DNA of 64,000 nt from an uncultured Candidatus Saccharibacteria bacterium (GTDB taxonomy: Bacteria > Patescibacteriota > Doudnabacteria > UBA920), in contig CAYYWQ010000001.1 in NCBI GenBank assembly GCA_964474825.1, positions 549,609 to 613,608 on the forward strand. Direction: 5' to 3'. Under the pieces are notes generated by a model that saw nothing but the letters and a program-made list of their open reading frames with translations, was not told the origin of the DNA and ran no database searches. The position numbers were made by a program, and so were the translations under genes. Of the stretch, positions 27,118-36,752 are shown one piece after another. The first letter of the stretch is position 1. Each line of letters begins with the position of its first letter.

Positions 27118-28491
27118 TTACAACTCTTTCATTCTCCCAAAACCCACACTGTCGCGAAATACCGAGCCCGCCTTAAACATTTCCGCGCGCATTAGGGTGA
27201 ATTCGCCATATTTGTTGTTAATAACATCTAACGCTCCCACTAAACGCCTTTGCTGTTCCACGTCCCCAAACAAACTTAACTGTTTAACATAAGGTCTAAC
27301 TCCGGCCACGGTTACGCCCACAAGTTTAATTTCCCTGCCGACAGACGCGCGCAAAGGTTTACTAATTAACCGCGAGCTTTCCAAAAAAATCTCCCGGCCG
27401 TCCTGCACAAAATATCCCAACTTCTTACTGTCGCCAAAACCTTCGTAATTTTTGTCACGGCAGTAACAGCTTATAATATTCCCCATTAAATTTTTGCGTC
27501 TAAGCCTGCGCCCCACCATTTCGCAAAGTTTGTAGAGCACCGGCATAAAAAATTCCTGTTTGCGGAACTCCTGAGGCAAAGTATACATATGCCCAACCGA
27601 TTTAATTTCGTCTTCATTGCGCACGCCCGACTTCCACGAAGTTTCCAACTGTCCCAAGCTGTGTAAATGATGCCCGGTAACCGCGCCAAACCGCGAAACC
27701 AACCAGCTTTCCGGGTAATCCCGCAGTTCCCTTAAAGTTTTAATGCCCAGGCGATTTAAGTTCTTCTCCTGCCTATGGCCAATACCGGGGATGTCGGTAA
27801 GTTGAAGGCGGTTATACAAATCGGTTTTATAAATCCTCAGGATATTATTATTGTCACCCCGACTGAGCCGGAGTGCATCCGACGGCGAACGGAAGGATCC
27901 CTTAACAACTGACGAGTTGTCTAATTTAAGGGATTCCTCGGCTGCACTCGGAATGACAACAACCAGCCCATCCGGCTTCTTTAAATCCGAAGCAATTTTT
28001 GCCAATGTTTTATTTTCCGCAATACCAACACTACACCTTAGCCAATCCCCAACCTCGGTCTTAAATCTTTTTTTTATCTCGAGCGCAATACTAACAGCTT
28101 CTTCAAATGGGTCACTGTCCACTGTGCACTGATCACTGAGCACTTTTTTCACATTACACGCCTTAGTCAAATCCAAAAAACATTCGTCTATGCTATATTT
28201 TTCCACGTGGTCTGTATAATCTCCAACCACTTTTAAAAACCTCCGTGTGTAAAACCGGTAAGCTTCAGCCCGGGTGTGGGTTAAAATAATTTTGGGGTAA
28301 AGTTTTTTAGCTTCCCAAACAGGCGTGCCGGTTTTTATGCCCCATTTTTTCGCCTCAACGCTGGCGGCAATAATAATTCCTCCCAAATGCTCGCAAACTC
28401 CCACAGGCAAACCCCGCCACTGTGGATGGTCCTGCTGCTCCACAGAAGCGAAATACGAATTCATGTCGAGGTGAACAATAATATTTTGCAT
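27118..28491 (-). CDS. dinB: DNA polymerase IV (Y family) with in-frame repeat insertions
   Basis: HLDMNSYFASVE, YSIDE, AKIASDLKKPDG, DIPGIG. Confidence 0.93.
   Translation of the reverse strand: MQNIIVHLDMNSYFASVEQQDHPQWRGLPVGVCEHLGGIIIAASVEAKKWGIKTGTPVWEAKKLYPKIILTHTRAEAYRFYTRRFLKVVGDYTDHVEKYSIDECFLDLTKACNVKKVLSDQCTVDSDPFEEAVSIALEIKKRFKTEVGDWLRCSVGIAENKTLAKIASDLKKPDGLVVVIPSAAEESLKLDNSSVVKGSFRSPSDALRLSRGDNNNILRIYKTDLYNRLQLTDIPGIGHRQEKNLNRLGIKTLRELRDYPESWLVSRFGAVTGHHLHSLGQLETSWKSGVRNEDEIKSVGHMYTLPQEFRKQEFFMPVLYKLCEMVGRRLRRKNLMGNIISCYCRDKNYEGFGDSKKLGYFVQDGREIFLESSRLISKPLRASVGREIKLVGVTVAGVRPYVKQLSLFGDVEQQRRLVGALDVINNKYGEFTLMRAEMFKAGSVFRDSVGFGRMKEL
27852..27958. repeat. TGTCA-ended palindromic element inside dinB
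   Basis: TGTCACCCCGAC...GGATCCCTTAA...TTAAGGGATTCCTCGGCTGCACTCGGAATGACA; related copies at 35813 and 52507. Confidence 0.85.
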
Positions 28492-28541
28492 AAACTATTC
28501 TCTATTCGCTAATCACTATTCCCTATTCTAATAGTATACGA

Positions 28542-28559
28542 TTGTTCACCTTTGAACAA
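28542..28559. promoter_or_regulatory. Palindromic operator candidate at the dinB promoter
   Basis: TTGTTC-N6-GAACAA, 3 bp upstream of a TATACT -10. Confidence 0.5.
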
Positions 28560-28722
28560 CCCGAGTTTTCCACAATTAAAAAACCGAGCGCCGAGTAGGA
28601 ATAAAATCCTTTCCCGACGCCCGTCGATTTGCGTAAAACTCCTCCGTTTCTGGCTCCCCCGCGCATGGAAGCCGATATTATACTCCCGTAAAGGACTTAT
28701 GCGCGCTAAGTCCTTGTCCCTA

Positions 28723-29691
28723 TTAGTGGGGACGGTCGACCAACATCAACAGCAGAGCCTTTTGGGCGTGCAGGCGATTGCAGGCCTGCAGCTTTACTAT
28801 TGAGCGCTTGCTGTCGATCACACTGTTGACCACTTCCTTGCCCCGATGGGCGGGAAGGCAGTGGCCAAAAACAGCATCAGGCGCAGCGTGGGCGAACAGC
28901 GCGTCGTTAACCTGATACGGAAAAAAGTCGCTGTTCCGTTGTTCGGTCTCGCTCTCGTTACCCATGCTCACCCAAGTATCCGTGTAAACCACTTGGGCTC
29001 CGGTGACCGCTCGGACAGGGTCGTCCATCAGCACCACGTCACCGCCATTGACAGCCGCCAAGTCGAGGGCGTTCTCCACCAAATCCTGCGACGGCCTATA
29101 TTTGTCGGGGCCAGTCCAGCGAAACTCCATGCCCAACCGGACTGCGTTGAGCATTAAGCTATTGCAAACGTTATTGCCATCGCCAACGAAAGTCAACACC
29201 AGGCCATTCAACTTATTCCCAAAAACTTCCTGCAGGCTCTGCATGTCTCCCAAGGCCTGGCAAGGGTGATACATGCCGCTCAGCGCGTTAATGACAGGCA
29301 CTCCGGCGTGAGTGGCCAAATCCTCAACCGTTGACTGTTTGTAAGTTCTGGCTGCAATAACCTGAACCCACTGGCCGAGATTTGACGCGACGTCCTTAAT
29401 TGCCTCCCGCTCCCCCAAAAGTCCGGTAGGAGGCAAGACGCAATCGCCGCCCAGTTGCTTGATTGCGAGCTGGAACGTGCACGTCGTCCTCAAAGAATCT
29501 TTCTCCGTTAACCAGGCCAAGTAACAGTCACTTAGGCTGGTTCGGAAATCCTGAGGACTCTTCTTGACTCTTGCGGCCAAGTCAAGAAGTTCGCGTAATT
29601 CTTCCGTGACAACATCCAGGTCCGAGCGAAAGTGCCCGGATTCGATCTTGTCAAAATTGGTTGTCGCATTACTCAACAGTGATGACGCCAA
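28723..29691 (-). CDS. argF: Ornithine carbamoyltransferase
   Basis: SLRT, HPCQ, GDGNNV, YTDTWVSMG, HCLP; TTG start after AAGGAGAAGGA. Confidence 0.9.
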   Translation of the reverse strand: MASSLLSNATTNFDKIESGHFRSDLDVVTEELRELLDLAARVKKSPQDFRTSLSDCYLAWLTEKDSLRTTCTFQLAIKQLGGDCVLPPTGLLGEREAIKDVASNLGQWVQVIAARTYKQSTVEDLATHAGVPVINALSGMYHPCQALGDMQSLQEVFGNKLNGLVLTFVGDGNNVCNSLMLNAVRLGMEFRWTGPDKYRPSQDLVENALDLAAVNGGDVVLMDDPVRAVTGAQVVYTDTWVSMGNESETEQRNSDFFPYQVNDALFAHAAPDAVFGHCLPAHRGKEVVNSVIDSKRSIVKLQACNRLHAQKALLLMLVDRPH

Positions 29692-29705
29692 TTCCTTCTC
29701 CTTTT

Positions 29706-30539
29706 TTATTTTCCATTCCCAAGCACCATAAAGCAAGCATCTTCCGCTCCCCTTACGGCACCAAAACCCAAATTCTCAAACCAGGTGCGAATTTTGGTGA
29801 TGGCCAAAAGCTCCCAAACGTTGAGCTCAATTGCCCAGTTGATGCAGTGCATCACCAAGGCCAGGCCAATACCTTTTATGCCGATAGTCCGGTCAACTAC
29901 CACGCTCCTTACTTCTGCCATTTCTGGCAACTCTCCGTGTTTCAGCGTGAAAACTACTAAAGCAGTGCAGCCCACGACCTGTTGGTCTTTAACTGCCACG
30001 AAGAAATCCAAAATTTCTGGAAAAAGCTTGGAGCTTGGTTGAATTAGCTCATTAGGATACTGGGCAACAAGGGCATGTATAGAAGCCCTGTCGCTTTCCT
30101 CAGCTCTCCTGAAAACTACGCCGGCTATATCAAAAGGTTTAAGCAGCTCGTGATTCCGGACCACCATCAACATCGCGTACTTCTCGTTGTTGAATGGCCG
30201 AAACCCCAAACTCTCAAATAACTTCTTGTCCTTTTTGCCGACAGTCACCAGGAGTTGATATACCCTCTCCTTCTGAGCCCGATTCATGCACACTCTAACC
30301 AAAATTTTGGCGTATTGCTTCCTTAGCTCTTCGCTAGAAAAAGCAAGACTTCGGATTTCCGCCATTTTTGGTCCATAAATTCTCAGTGCGCAGCAACCGA
30401 CTACTTCGTTTGATATTTGCAACACGACAAAGTCGTGCCAGGATGGAAGATGGTCTCCTTGCAGATGCGGGTTTCCCCGGATCAGCTCCTTGATTTTCTT
30501 CCAATCCCTTGCGGTTGCCCGCCTGATTAGTCCTCTCAT
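29706..30539 (-). CDS. Tandem GNAT acetyltransferase (short ArgA-like N-acetylglutamate synthase)
   Basis: Two GNAT repeats, each VVGC.AL...MAE(I/V)RS...FE.LGF; directly upstream of argF. Confidence 0.75.
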   Translation of the reverse strand: MRGLIRRATARDWKKIKELIRGNPHLQGDHLPSWHDFVVLQISNEVVGCCALRIYGPKMAEIRSLAFSSEELRKQYAKILVRVCMNRAQKERVYQLLVTVGKKDKKLFESLGFRPFNNEKYAMLMVVRNHELLKPFDIAGVVFRRAEESDRASIHALVAQYPNELIQPSSKLFPEILDFFVAVKDQQVVGCTALVVFTLKHGELPEMAEVRSVVVDRTIGIKGIGLALVMHCINWAIELNVWELLAITKIRTWFENLGFGAVRGAEDACFMVLGNGK

Positions 30540-30600
30540 TCTTTATTTTTTCCCCACCCTAATTGCCGGTATCGACCCACGACGATTGGAGCAAGGAAAA

Positions 30601-30803
30601 TAAAAAACCCGTCACTGAAAACGAAAAATTCGTTCTCAAGGACGGGGTTTCTTTGTTGCCGTGGTACCACCTTGGTTCCCCCGCCGTGGCGGGGCTCATT
30701 ACCTCTTTTTACGGTGAGGCTGGCCGTCTGAAATTTTTTTCAGCAGTTTACCCTGAGTAGTTTTAGCTAAGCAGGGCGAACGGATCGCGACTCCATTCTA
30801 GCT
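30601..30803 (-). ncRNA. T-box riboswitch (transcriptional)
   Basis: Antiterminator AAGG-UGGUACC-ACGG/CCGU-CCUU; Stem III CCCCGCCACGGCGGGG; overlapping terminator with U tract. Confidence 0.88.
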
Positions 30804-30964
30804 TTATAATATGTAATTAAATACTAGTGTATCACCCTCAGCTCAAATGTCAAATGTGGATAACTCGTCGGCCCTTTCTTTAAACCTAAACAAATAAAAA
30901 AGCAGGCTCATTGTAAGTCTGTTTATTTTAAAATATTAAAATCTAATATAAGAAAAGAGTCGGA

Positions 30965-31357
30965 CTAGTGGTGGCCGTGGGCACGGTGCGCCGCGTGCTC
31001 GTGGCGAATTTGCACATGCCTTTTTTTGTGGAAAAAAAACACGCTGAGCATCATTATGAAATAGCCAAGCCACAAACTCAAATGTGAAAACATGGACAGG
31101 CCTGCTATGGGCGCGGTTATTAAAGCGTCAATAATCAAACCCACAATTAACCAAAGTACGGCGGTAAAAATTGCCTCTATATAATGCATTATGCCAATAC
31201 GGCGCGCGCAAGCCGCTGTTAAAATGGCAATAATTATAAAATAAAAAAATTGCCAATAAATGTCCGTGTAAAGAGTTGAACTATAAAACCAAAGTCTCAC
31301 GCCCCCCAAAAGAATGGCCTGGACAAGCAGCATTAAAAAAAACTTCTTTATAGTCAT
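30965..31357 (-). CDS. Membrane protein with His-rich C-terminal tail
   Basis: Four TM helices; HEHAAHRAHGHH. Confidence 0.7.
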   Translation of the reverse strand: MTIKKFFLMLLVQAILLGGVRLWFYSSTLYTDIYWQFFYFIIIAILTAACARRIGIMHYIEAIFTAVLWLIVGLIIDALITAPIAGLSMFSHLSLWLGYFIMMLSVFFFHKKRHVQIRHEHAAHRAHGHH

Positions 31358-31368
31358 GGACTTTAAAG

Positions 31369-31866
31369 TTAAAGAGTTTTGGTTTTAGTGGTCTTACGCT
31401 TAACAGCGGGTTTTCTTTTTACAGCACGCCTCTTAATGGGGGTTTCCATAAGAATTTCTCTTGGCATATCTTCTATAGACTGCTGTATACGGGACAAGTC
31501 TTCGGCCAGCTCCAACTTAACAACTTCCACGCGGGCTTTTAGTTCATTGCTTGTTGGCCTTTGCGGAAAAAGCTTATGGTGTAAATGTCTGGTTACGCCC
31601 CGCCACTCTCCTGTTTCATAAATTTTTTCATACCAATATTCTCCCAGCCAAATACCGTACCAGCTGCCACAAAACATGGCAAGCAGAAGCGTAATGTAAT
31701 CCACAGCCACAAAGGTAAAATAAGAATAGCTGGACGTCCAGTGGAACACGCCGTAAGCAAGCAAAGTTAAATAGGCTAAAACTATTAGCCTATGCAAAAT
31801 TACAAACAACAGCACACCCATGACCGAGCACATAAAAATATAAACCGATTTTTTTGCGCCTCCCAT
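31369..31866 (-). CDS. Hypothetical membrane protein with basic tail
   Basis: Two TM helices; WYGIWLG; Lys/Arg-rich C-terminus. Confidence 0.7.
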   Translation of the reverse strand: MGGAKKSVYIFMCSVMGVLLFVILHRLIVLAYLTLLAYGVFHWTSSYSYFTFVAVDYITLLLAMFCGSWYGIWLGEYWYEKIYETGEWRGVTRHLHHKLFPQRPTSNELKARVEVVKLELAEDLSRIQQSIEDMPREILMETPIKRRAVKRKPAVKRKTTKTKTL

Positions 31867-31942
31867 ATTTTTTTATTTCAAATTAGATTTATTTGTTTTT
31901 ATTATAGAATACTTTTAATTTAAAAGCAAATTCCATAAAAAT

Positions 31943-32950
31943 TTATCGTGCGGACAACATACTCTTTTTATAGCTGTCTAGGTTATCCAGTGCCACGCCT
32001 GTGCCTTTAGCTACGCATAACAGGGGCTGTTCTGCCACAAAGCAGGGCACGCCAAGGCTTTGGGAAATGTAGTGGTCCAAATTTCTTAAGAGAGCGCTGC
32101 CCCCTGTCATTACCATGCCTTTGTCTATAATGTCGGAAGCCAGTTCCGGTGGCGTGTCCTGGAGAACGGTTTTTACGGCCCGGACAATTTCGTGGAGTTC
32201 GTCCTGAATAGCTTCCACCACCTCGTTGGTGGACACTGTTACGGTTTTAGGCAAACCAGTAACCATGTCTCGTCCTTTAACTTCCATTATTTCTTCTTCC
32301 GGCATGGCGAGCGCGCTGCCAATTGTGATTTTAATTTCTTCGGCCGTACGGTCCCCAATTGCAATACTGTGTTTCTTTCGGACAAAATCTATTATTGCCT
32401 GGTCAAAACGGTTTCCCGCAACGCGCACAGAAGTGGAATTCACAATACCGCCGAGCGAAAGCACCGCCACGTCTGTTGTACCACCTCCAATGTCTATAAT
32501 TAAATTTCCGGAAGCAGAGGCAATAGGAATACCCGCGCCAATGGCCGCGGCAACAGTTTCTTTAATTACATAAGCTGCTTTGGCTCCGGCGGCCTGGGCC
32601 GCGTCTACCACGGCGCGCCGTTCAGTAGACGTTATGCCGCCGGGCACAGATATCATTACTTCAGGACGAAAAAACCTAATATTACCCAAAGCTTTGTTTA
32701 TAAAATAACGGAGCATGGCTTCTGTTACTCGGTAGTCGGCAATTACGCCGTCTTTCATTGGCCTGCTGGCAACAATGGTTTCCGGCGTGCGGCCTAGCAT
32801 GTCTTTGGCTTCCTGGCCCACGGCTAAAACCCGGTTGTCGTTCAAAGAAATAGCAACAACCGTTGGCTCATTTATAATTATTCCGCGTTTGGGCAAATAG
32901 ACCAAAGTGTTGGCAGTACCTAAGTCTATACCTATCTTATTTTCAAACAT
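31943..32950 (-). CDS. mreB: Rod shape-determining actin homologue
   Basis: IGIDLGTANT, RPMKDGVIAD, DIGGGTTD, TGGSALL. Confidence 0.96.
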   Translation of the reverse strand: MFENKIGIDLGTANTLVYLPKRGIIINEPTVVAISLNDNRVLAVGQEAKDMLGRTPETIVASRPMKDGVIADYRVTEAMLRYFINKALGNIRFFRPEVMISVPGGITSTERRAVVDAAQAAGAKAAYVIKETVAAAIGAGIPIASASGNLIIDIGGGTTDVAVLSLGGIVNSTSVRVAGNRFDQAIIDFVRKKHSIAIGDRTAEEIKITIGSALAMPEEEIMEVKGRDMVTGLPKTVTVSTNEVVEAIQDELHEIVRAVKTVLQDTPPELASDIIDKGMVMTGGSALLRNLDHYISQSLGVPCFVAEQPLLCVAKGTGVALDNLDSYKKSMLSAR

Positions 32951-33041
32951 AGCTTCAATCACTTTAGGTTAAACTACAGCTAATTATAGCAAAACCCAGG
33001 TCATTGTAGAAGCCCGCGTTTTGCGCTAAAATTAAGCTGAT

Positions 33042-34343
33042 ATGAATAAAAAATCACGTTACGGCCTAATTGTGCTTGGCTTTTTGACTTTTATAATTTT
33101 AGCCCCTGCCATTGTTCTGTATGTTAGGGGAATTAAGTACGATACAGAAAAACAGGAGTTTGTGCAAACCGGCATTTTGGCCGTCCGGGCAGACCCTTCA
33201 AGTGTCACAGTTTCGCTCGACGGCGAATTTGTTTCAGACTCGGCCAAAGATTTAAAATTCCTGCAGCCCAAAGATTACAGCATTAAACTGGAAAAAGAAA
33301 ATTACCAACCCTGGGAAAAAAGACTTGGGGTAGTTGGTGGCCAAGTTACCTGGGCCAGCCCGTCCACCGGTAAAATTATTTTATTTTTTTCTTCTCCTAC
33401 AACAACTACTGTAAGCGATGGGGTAACGGATTTTTCCGGGCCTGGGAATAAAAATATTTTGGCATTCATTAGCCAAAATAGTTTTATTGTTACTTCTCCT
33501 AATAACCCAAATAGCAGCGTAAGCATTGTCTTGCCAAAAATAGTTACTTCCATTTTAGCGTCTCCGGACTCTGACTTTTTCTTACTCCAAAACCAGTCCA
33601 CGACTTCACCGGTTACTTTATTTGTAGACGTTTCTGCCAGAAAAGCTTACGACTTAGGCGCGTTGTTTTCCACTAAAGCACAATGGTTTTTTAGCGGGGA
33701 CGACAAACTTTACGCCGTCCACACCGGCAGCCTTTACTCCATTAATACAAAAATTCCTTCTAAAACTTTGCTTCAAAGCGGCATTATGGCAGCTAGCTTC
33801 CTGGGGAATGACCTCTATGTATTAAGAAGCGCAAATAGCGGGCTGGACCTGGAAGTCACTTCAAATCCTACTGAGACCGGACAAAAAATCCTTACTAATC
33901 TTCCTGCTTTTAAGCAAACGGAAATTCTAATTAGCAGGCAAAAACAAATATTTTTACTGGCCGATGGAAGCTTGTACAGAGTGGGCGCCAGCTTAAAACA
34001 ACTGGCTTCGTCTGTAGATGCCAGGCAATTTAACAGTAACGACTCTTCCTTAATTTTTGAAACCACGGGAGAACTTGACTACATTAACCCCTATGACGGT
34101 AGCGTGGATTTTATTACCCGTAGCAGCATGGAATTAAAAAATCCCCTGCTCCGTTTTGATTTAGCCAATGCTTTTTTTGTGGAAAACAATATTGTCAAAG
34201 CGCTGGAGCTCGACACACGCGACCACCAAAACCAATTTGATTTATACCAAGGCACAAACATAAAAAAAATCGCCCTTTCAGACGATGGTAGGAATTTAAT
34301 AGTATTAGATGGAGCCACTCTGAAAATTTTGACTATCCGCTAG
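33042..34343 (+). CDS. PEGA-domain membrane protein with beta-propeller-like C-terminus
   Basis: N-terminal TM; TGILAVRADP...Y.IKLEKENYQPWEK. Confidence 0.75.
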   Translation: MNKKSRYGLIVLGFLTFIILAPAIVLYVRGIKYDTEKQEFVQTGILAVRADPSSVTVSLDGEFVSDSAKDLKFLQPKDYSIKLEKENYQPWEKRLGVVGGQVTWASPSTGKIILFFSSPTTTTVSDGVTDFSGPGNKNILAFISQNSFIVTSPNNPNSSVSIVLPKIVTSILASPDSDFFLLQNQSTTSPVTLFVDVSARKAYDLGALFSTKAQWFFSGDDKLYAVHTGSLYSINTKIPSKTLLQSGIMAASFLGNDLYVLRSANSGLDLEVTSNPTETGQKILTNLPAFKQTEILISRQKQIFLLADGSLYRVGASLKQLASSVDARQFNSNDSSLIFETTGELDYINPYDGSVDFITRSSMELKNPLLRFDLANAFFVENNIVKALELDTRDHQNQFDLYQGTNIKKIALSDDGRNLIVLDGATLKILTIR

Positions 34344-34747
34344 GATTTAACAGCAGCGTCAATAGCTTCATTCACTAATTTGTCAGCTTCTTTATTTTTT
34401 TCTCTAGGAACGTGATTAAAAGTCACGTTTTTAAAATGGTTTTTTAATTTTAATACATCGGCCGCTAAAAGCTTTAAAGTAGGCTCTTTAATTTTATACC
34501 TGCCCTGCATTTGCCTGACAATAAGCTCACTGTCCATATTTACCAAAAGTTCAGTAGCCCCCAATTTATTTGCCTCTTCCAAAGCTAAAATAAGCGCCTT
34601 GTATTCCGCAACGTTGTTTGTAGCTTCCCCAATATATTTTTTGTGTTGGCCGATGATATCGCCGCTTTCATCACGTACAACTACCCCTATACCGGAAGGC
34701 CCCGGGTTTCCCCTGGCACCGCCGTCAGTATTTACAGTAAGTTTCAT
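34340..34747 (-). CDS. rnhA: Ribonuclease HI
   Basis: TDGGARGNPG, TNNVAEY, DSELIV, HVPREKNKEAD. Confidence 0.93.
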   Translation of the reverse strand: MKLTVNTDGGARGNPGPSGIGVVVRDESGDIIGQHKKYIGEATNNVAEYKALILALEEANKLGATELLVNMDSELIVRQMQGRYKIKEPTLKLLAADVLKLKNHFKNVTFNHVPREKNKEADKLVNEAIDAAVKS

Positions 34748-34748
34748 T

Positions 34749-36563
34749 TTAATATTTTATTTCAATAATTCTTAGTTTCAAATTTTTTCTGCCATTCCAA
34801 CTGTCTTCTATTAACTCCGCCGCAACCTCTACAGTATCCCCTACTTTTAAACTTTTTTCAAGAAAGCCTTGGTTAAAGGCAATGCTGTCGATGCTCACTG
34901 CGCCTTTTTGGAATTTTAATTGCAGATGCTGCTGCGTTGCACCCACGGTGCGCAGGCTGGTTATTTTTAAATTGGAAATAAAAAATTTAGGACGAAAATT
35001 TCCAACACCAAAGGGTTCGAAGTTAGCTAATAGCTGGTAGGTAGTAGCTTGTAGGTCAGATTCTCCTAATTCAGCTTCAAGATGCAAAACCGGAGACAAA
35101 TCTTCTTCCGAAAGATTCTTGTCCGCATACTCTAGGACCTTCATGTAAAACTTTTCAAAATCTTCAGTCTTTAAAGTAAGCCCTGCTGCTTGCTTGTGGC
35201 CGCCAAAGCGAACTAAATGTTCTCCTGCATATTTTAAAGCTTCCACTACATTAAATTCGCCCACTGTTCTGGCAGAACCAGTGGCTTCATTTTCTTCCTG
35301 AGAAAGCACAATTGCAGGCTTGCCAAAAGCATCGGAAATTCGGCCGGCAACCAAACCAACTATGCCTTTTGGCCAGTCTTCACCCATGAGGACTAAAACT
35401 TTTCTGTCGCTAATAAGTTCTGCCGCGCCCTTAGCCTCGCTCATAACCCGCTCAGTTAACTTCTGTCTGCGGCTGTTAATTTCTTCTAAAGCCACAGCTT
35501 TTTGCTGGGCACTGACCGGGTCTTTTTCCATTAAGAGATGGAGTGCGACGTTTGCATGCTCAAGCCTTCCGGCGGCGTTTAAGCGCGGCGCTACCACAAA
35601 ACCCAAAGTATAAGTATCGGCCGGCTTTCGGTTAAAATCTACACCCGCGGAATTCATTAAAGCCCGCAGCCCCACCCAGCGAGTTTTTTGCAAAACTTTA
35701 AGCCCGTATTTTACCAGTATGCGGTTTTCTCCCAAAAGAGAATGACAGTCCGCTACCGTGCCAATAGCTACTAAATCTAGTAGCCATTTCTCGTAACCTT
35801 CGATGTATTTTCTGTCATCCCGACCGACTCTGAGTGCATCCGAAGAGGAGCGGAGGGATCCCTCTTCTACTGAGTTTAAGGGATTCCTCGGCTCGGCTGC
35901 ACTCGCTCGGAATGACAAACATTTGATCACTTTTTCTTTTTGTGACAAAATCGCGCAAGCGAGTTTAAACGCCACCCCCACCCCTGTTATTTCTGAATAT
36001 GGATAATTATCGCTAGGATTTTTTGGATTAATAAGCGCGTAAGAATTCGGCACTTCCCCAATAATTTCGTGGTGGTCTGTTATTATAAAATCAATATTAT
36101 TTTTTTCACAAAATTCAGCCGCGTCCAGGGAATTAGTTCCGCAGTCTACCGTTATGATTATCTTTGATCCTTCATCTTTAATCTTTAACAGCGCTTCCAT
36201 ATTCACGCCATACCCTTCCGTAAACCTGTCAGGAATATAAGACATTACTTCCACTCCCAAATACCTAAAAGTTTGCTGGAGCACTGCGTTAGCTGTTACC
36301 GCGTCTGCGTCGTAGTCGCCGTAGATACATATTTTTTCGCCCCCTTCGATTGCCAACCAAATCCTGTCCACTGCCTTTTGCATATCCTTAAATAAAAAAG
36401 GGTCGTGCAACTTTTCGTACGCTGTGTCCAAAAACTCTTCTACCTCTTTTTTTTCTGTAAATCCCCGGTTATACAACAACTGCTGAACAAGCTCAGGAAA
36501 AGCTGATAATTTTTCCGCTTCAGCCTGCGGAATTTCTGGTTTTAACTTCCAAACTTTTTGCAT
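34749..36563 (-). CDS. recJ: ssDNA exonuclease RecJ with in-frame palindrome insertion
   Basis: GDYDAD, TVDCG, TDHH, GTVAD, PRLNAAGRL, GGHKQAAG. Confidence 0.95.
   Translation of the reverse strand: MQKVWKLKPEIPQAEAEKLSAFPELVQQLLYNRGFTEKKEVEEFLDTAYEKLHDPFLFKDMQKAVDRIWLAIEGGEKICIYGDYDADAVTANAVLQQTFRYLGVEVMSYIPDRFTEGYGVNMEALLKIKDEGSKIIITVDCGTNSLDAAEFCEKNNIDFIITDHHEIIGEVPNSYALINPKNPSDNYPYSEITGVGVAFKLACAILSQKEKVIKCLSFRASAAEPRNPLNSVEEGSLRSSSDALRVGRDDRKYIEGYEKWLLDLVAIGTVADCHSLLGENRILVKYGLKVLQKTRWVGLRALMNSAGVDFNRKPADTYTLGFVVAPRLNAAGRLEHANVALHLLMEKDPVSAQQKAVALEEINSRRQKLTERVMSEAKGAAELISDRKVLVLMGEDWPKGIVGLVAGRISDAFGKPAIVLSQEENEATGSARTVGEFNVVEALKYAGEHLVRFGGHKQAAGLTLKTEDFEKFYMKVLEYADKNLSEEDLSPVLHLEAELGESDLQATTYQLLANFEPFGVGNFRPKFFISNLKITSLRTVGATQQHLQLKFQKGAVSIDSIAFNQGFLEKSLKVGDTVEVAAELIEDSWNGRKNLKLRIIEIKY
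35813..35917. repeat. TGTCA-ended palindromic element inside recJ (105 bp)
   Basis: TGTCATCCCGAC...GGGATCCCT...AGGGATTCCTCGGCTCGGCTGCACTCGCTCGGAATGACA. Confidence 0.85.
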
Positions 36564-36596
36564 ATAAGCTATTTTAGCAGCAAGCAAAGATAATGT

Positions 36597-36618
36597 GTAG
36601 CGTGCCCATTTATGGGCA
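36597..36618 (+). repeat. GTAG-type REP-like palindrome
   Basis: GTAG-CG-TGCCCAT-TT-ATGGGCA. Confidence 0.45.
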
Positions 36619-36625
36619 TCTTGAG

Positions 36626-36752
36626 TCCATTCCCAAACTACGATATTAAATCATAACCTAAGAATGGATGGTCAGATTTGGAGGCCTGACCGATATTTTT
36701 TAACGAGGTTTCCTTCCTCTGGCTTCTAGCGGATTTGGAGGCCCACTAAGCC
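36626..36752 (-). ncRNA. Candidate structured RNA with two identical GCCUCCAAAU loops
   Basis: Four consecutive hairpins; G-U wobble pairs form only on the minus strand. Confidence 0.5.

Noticed and set aside
27852-27958. Intein or self-splicing intron in dinB or recJ
   Set aside because: Too short, and no intein C/S...HN ends or group I/II core; matches a palindromic repeat instead
28723-29736. argF N-terminal extension overlapping the GNAT gene, suggesting a frameshift fusion
   Set aside because: A strong RBS and TTG at 29691 give a normal-length OTCase
30563-30760. 65-aa plus-strand ORF
   Set aside because: Antisense shadow of the T-box leader
13391-30863. Perfect DnaA boxes at 13391, 18781 and 30855 as a possible oriC
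   Set aside because: Isolated boxes; no cluster, DUE or dnaA/dnaN nearby
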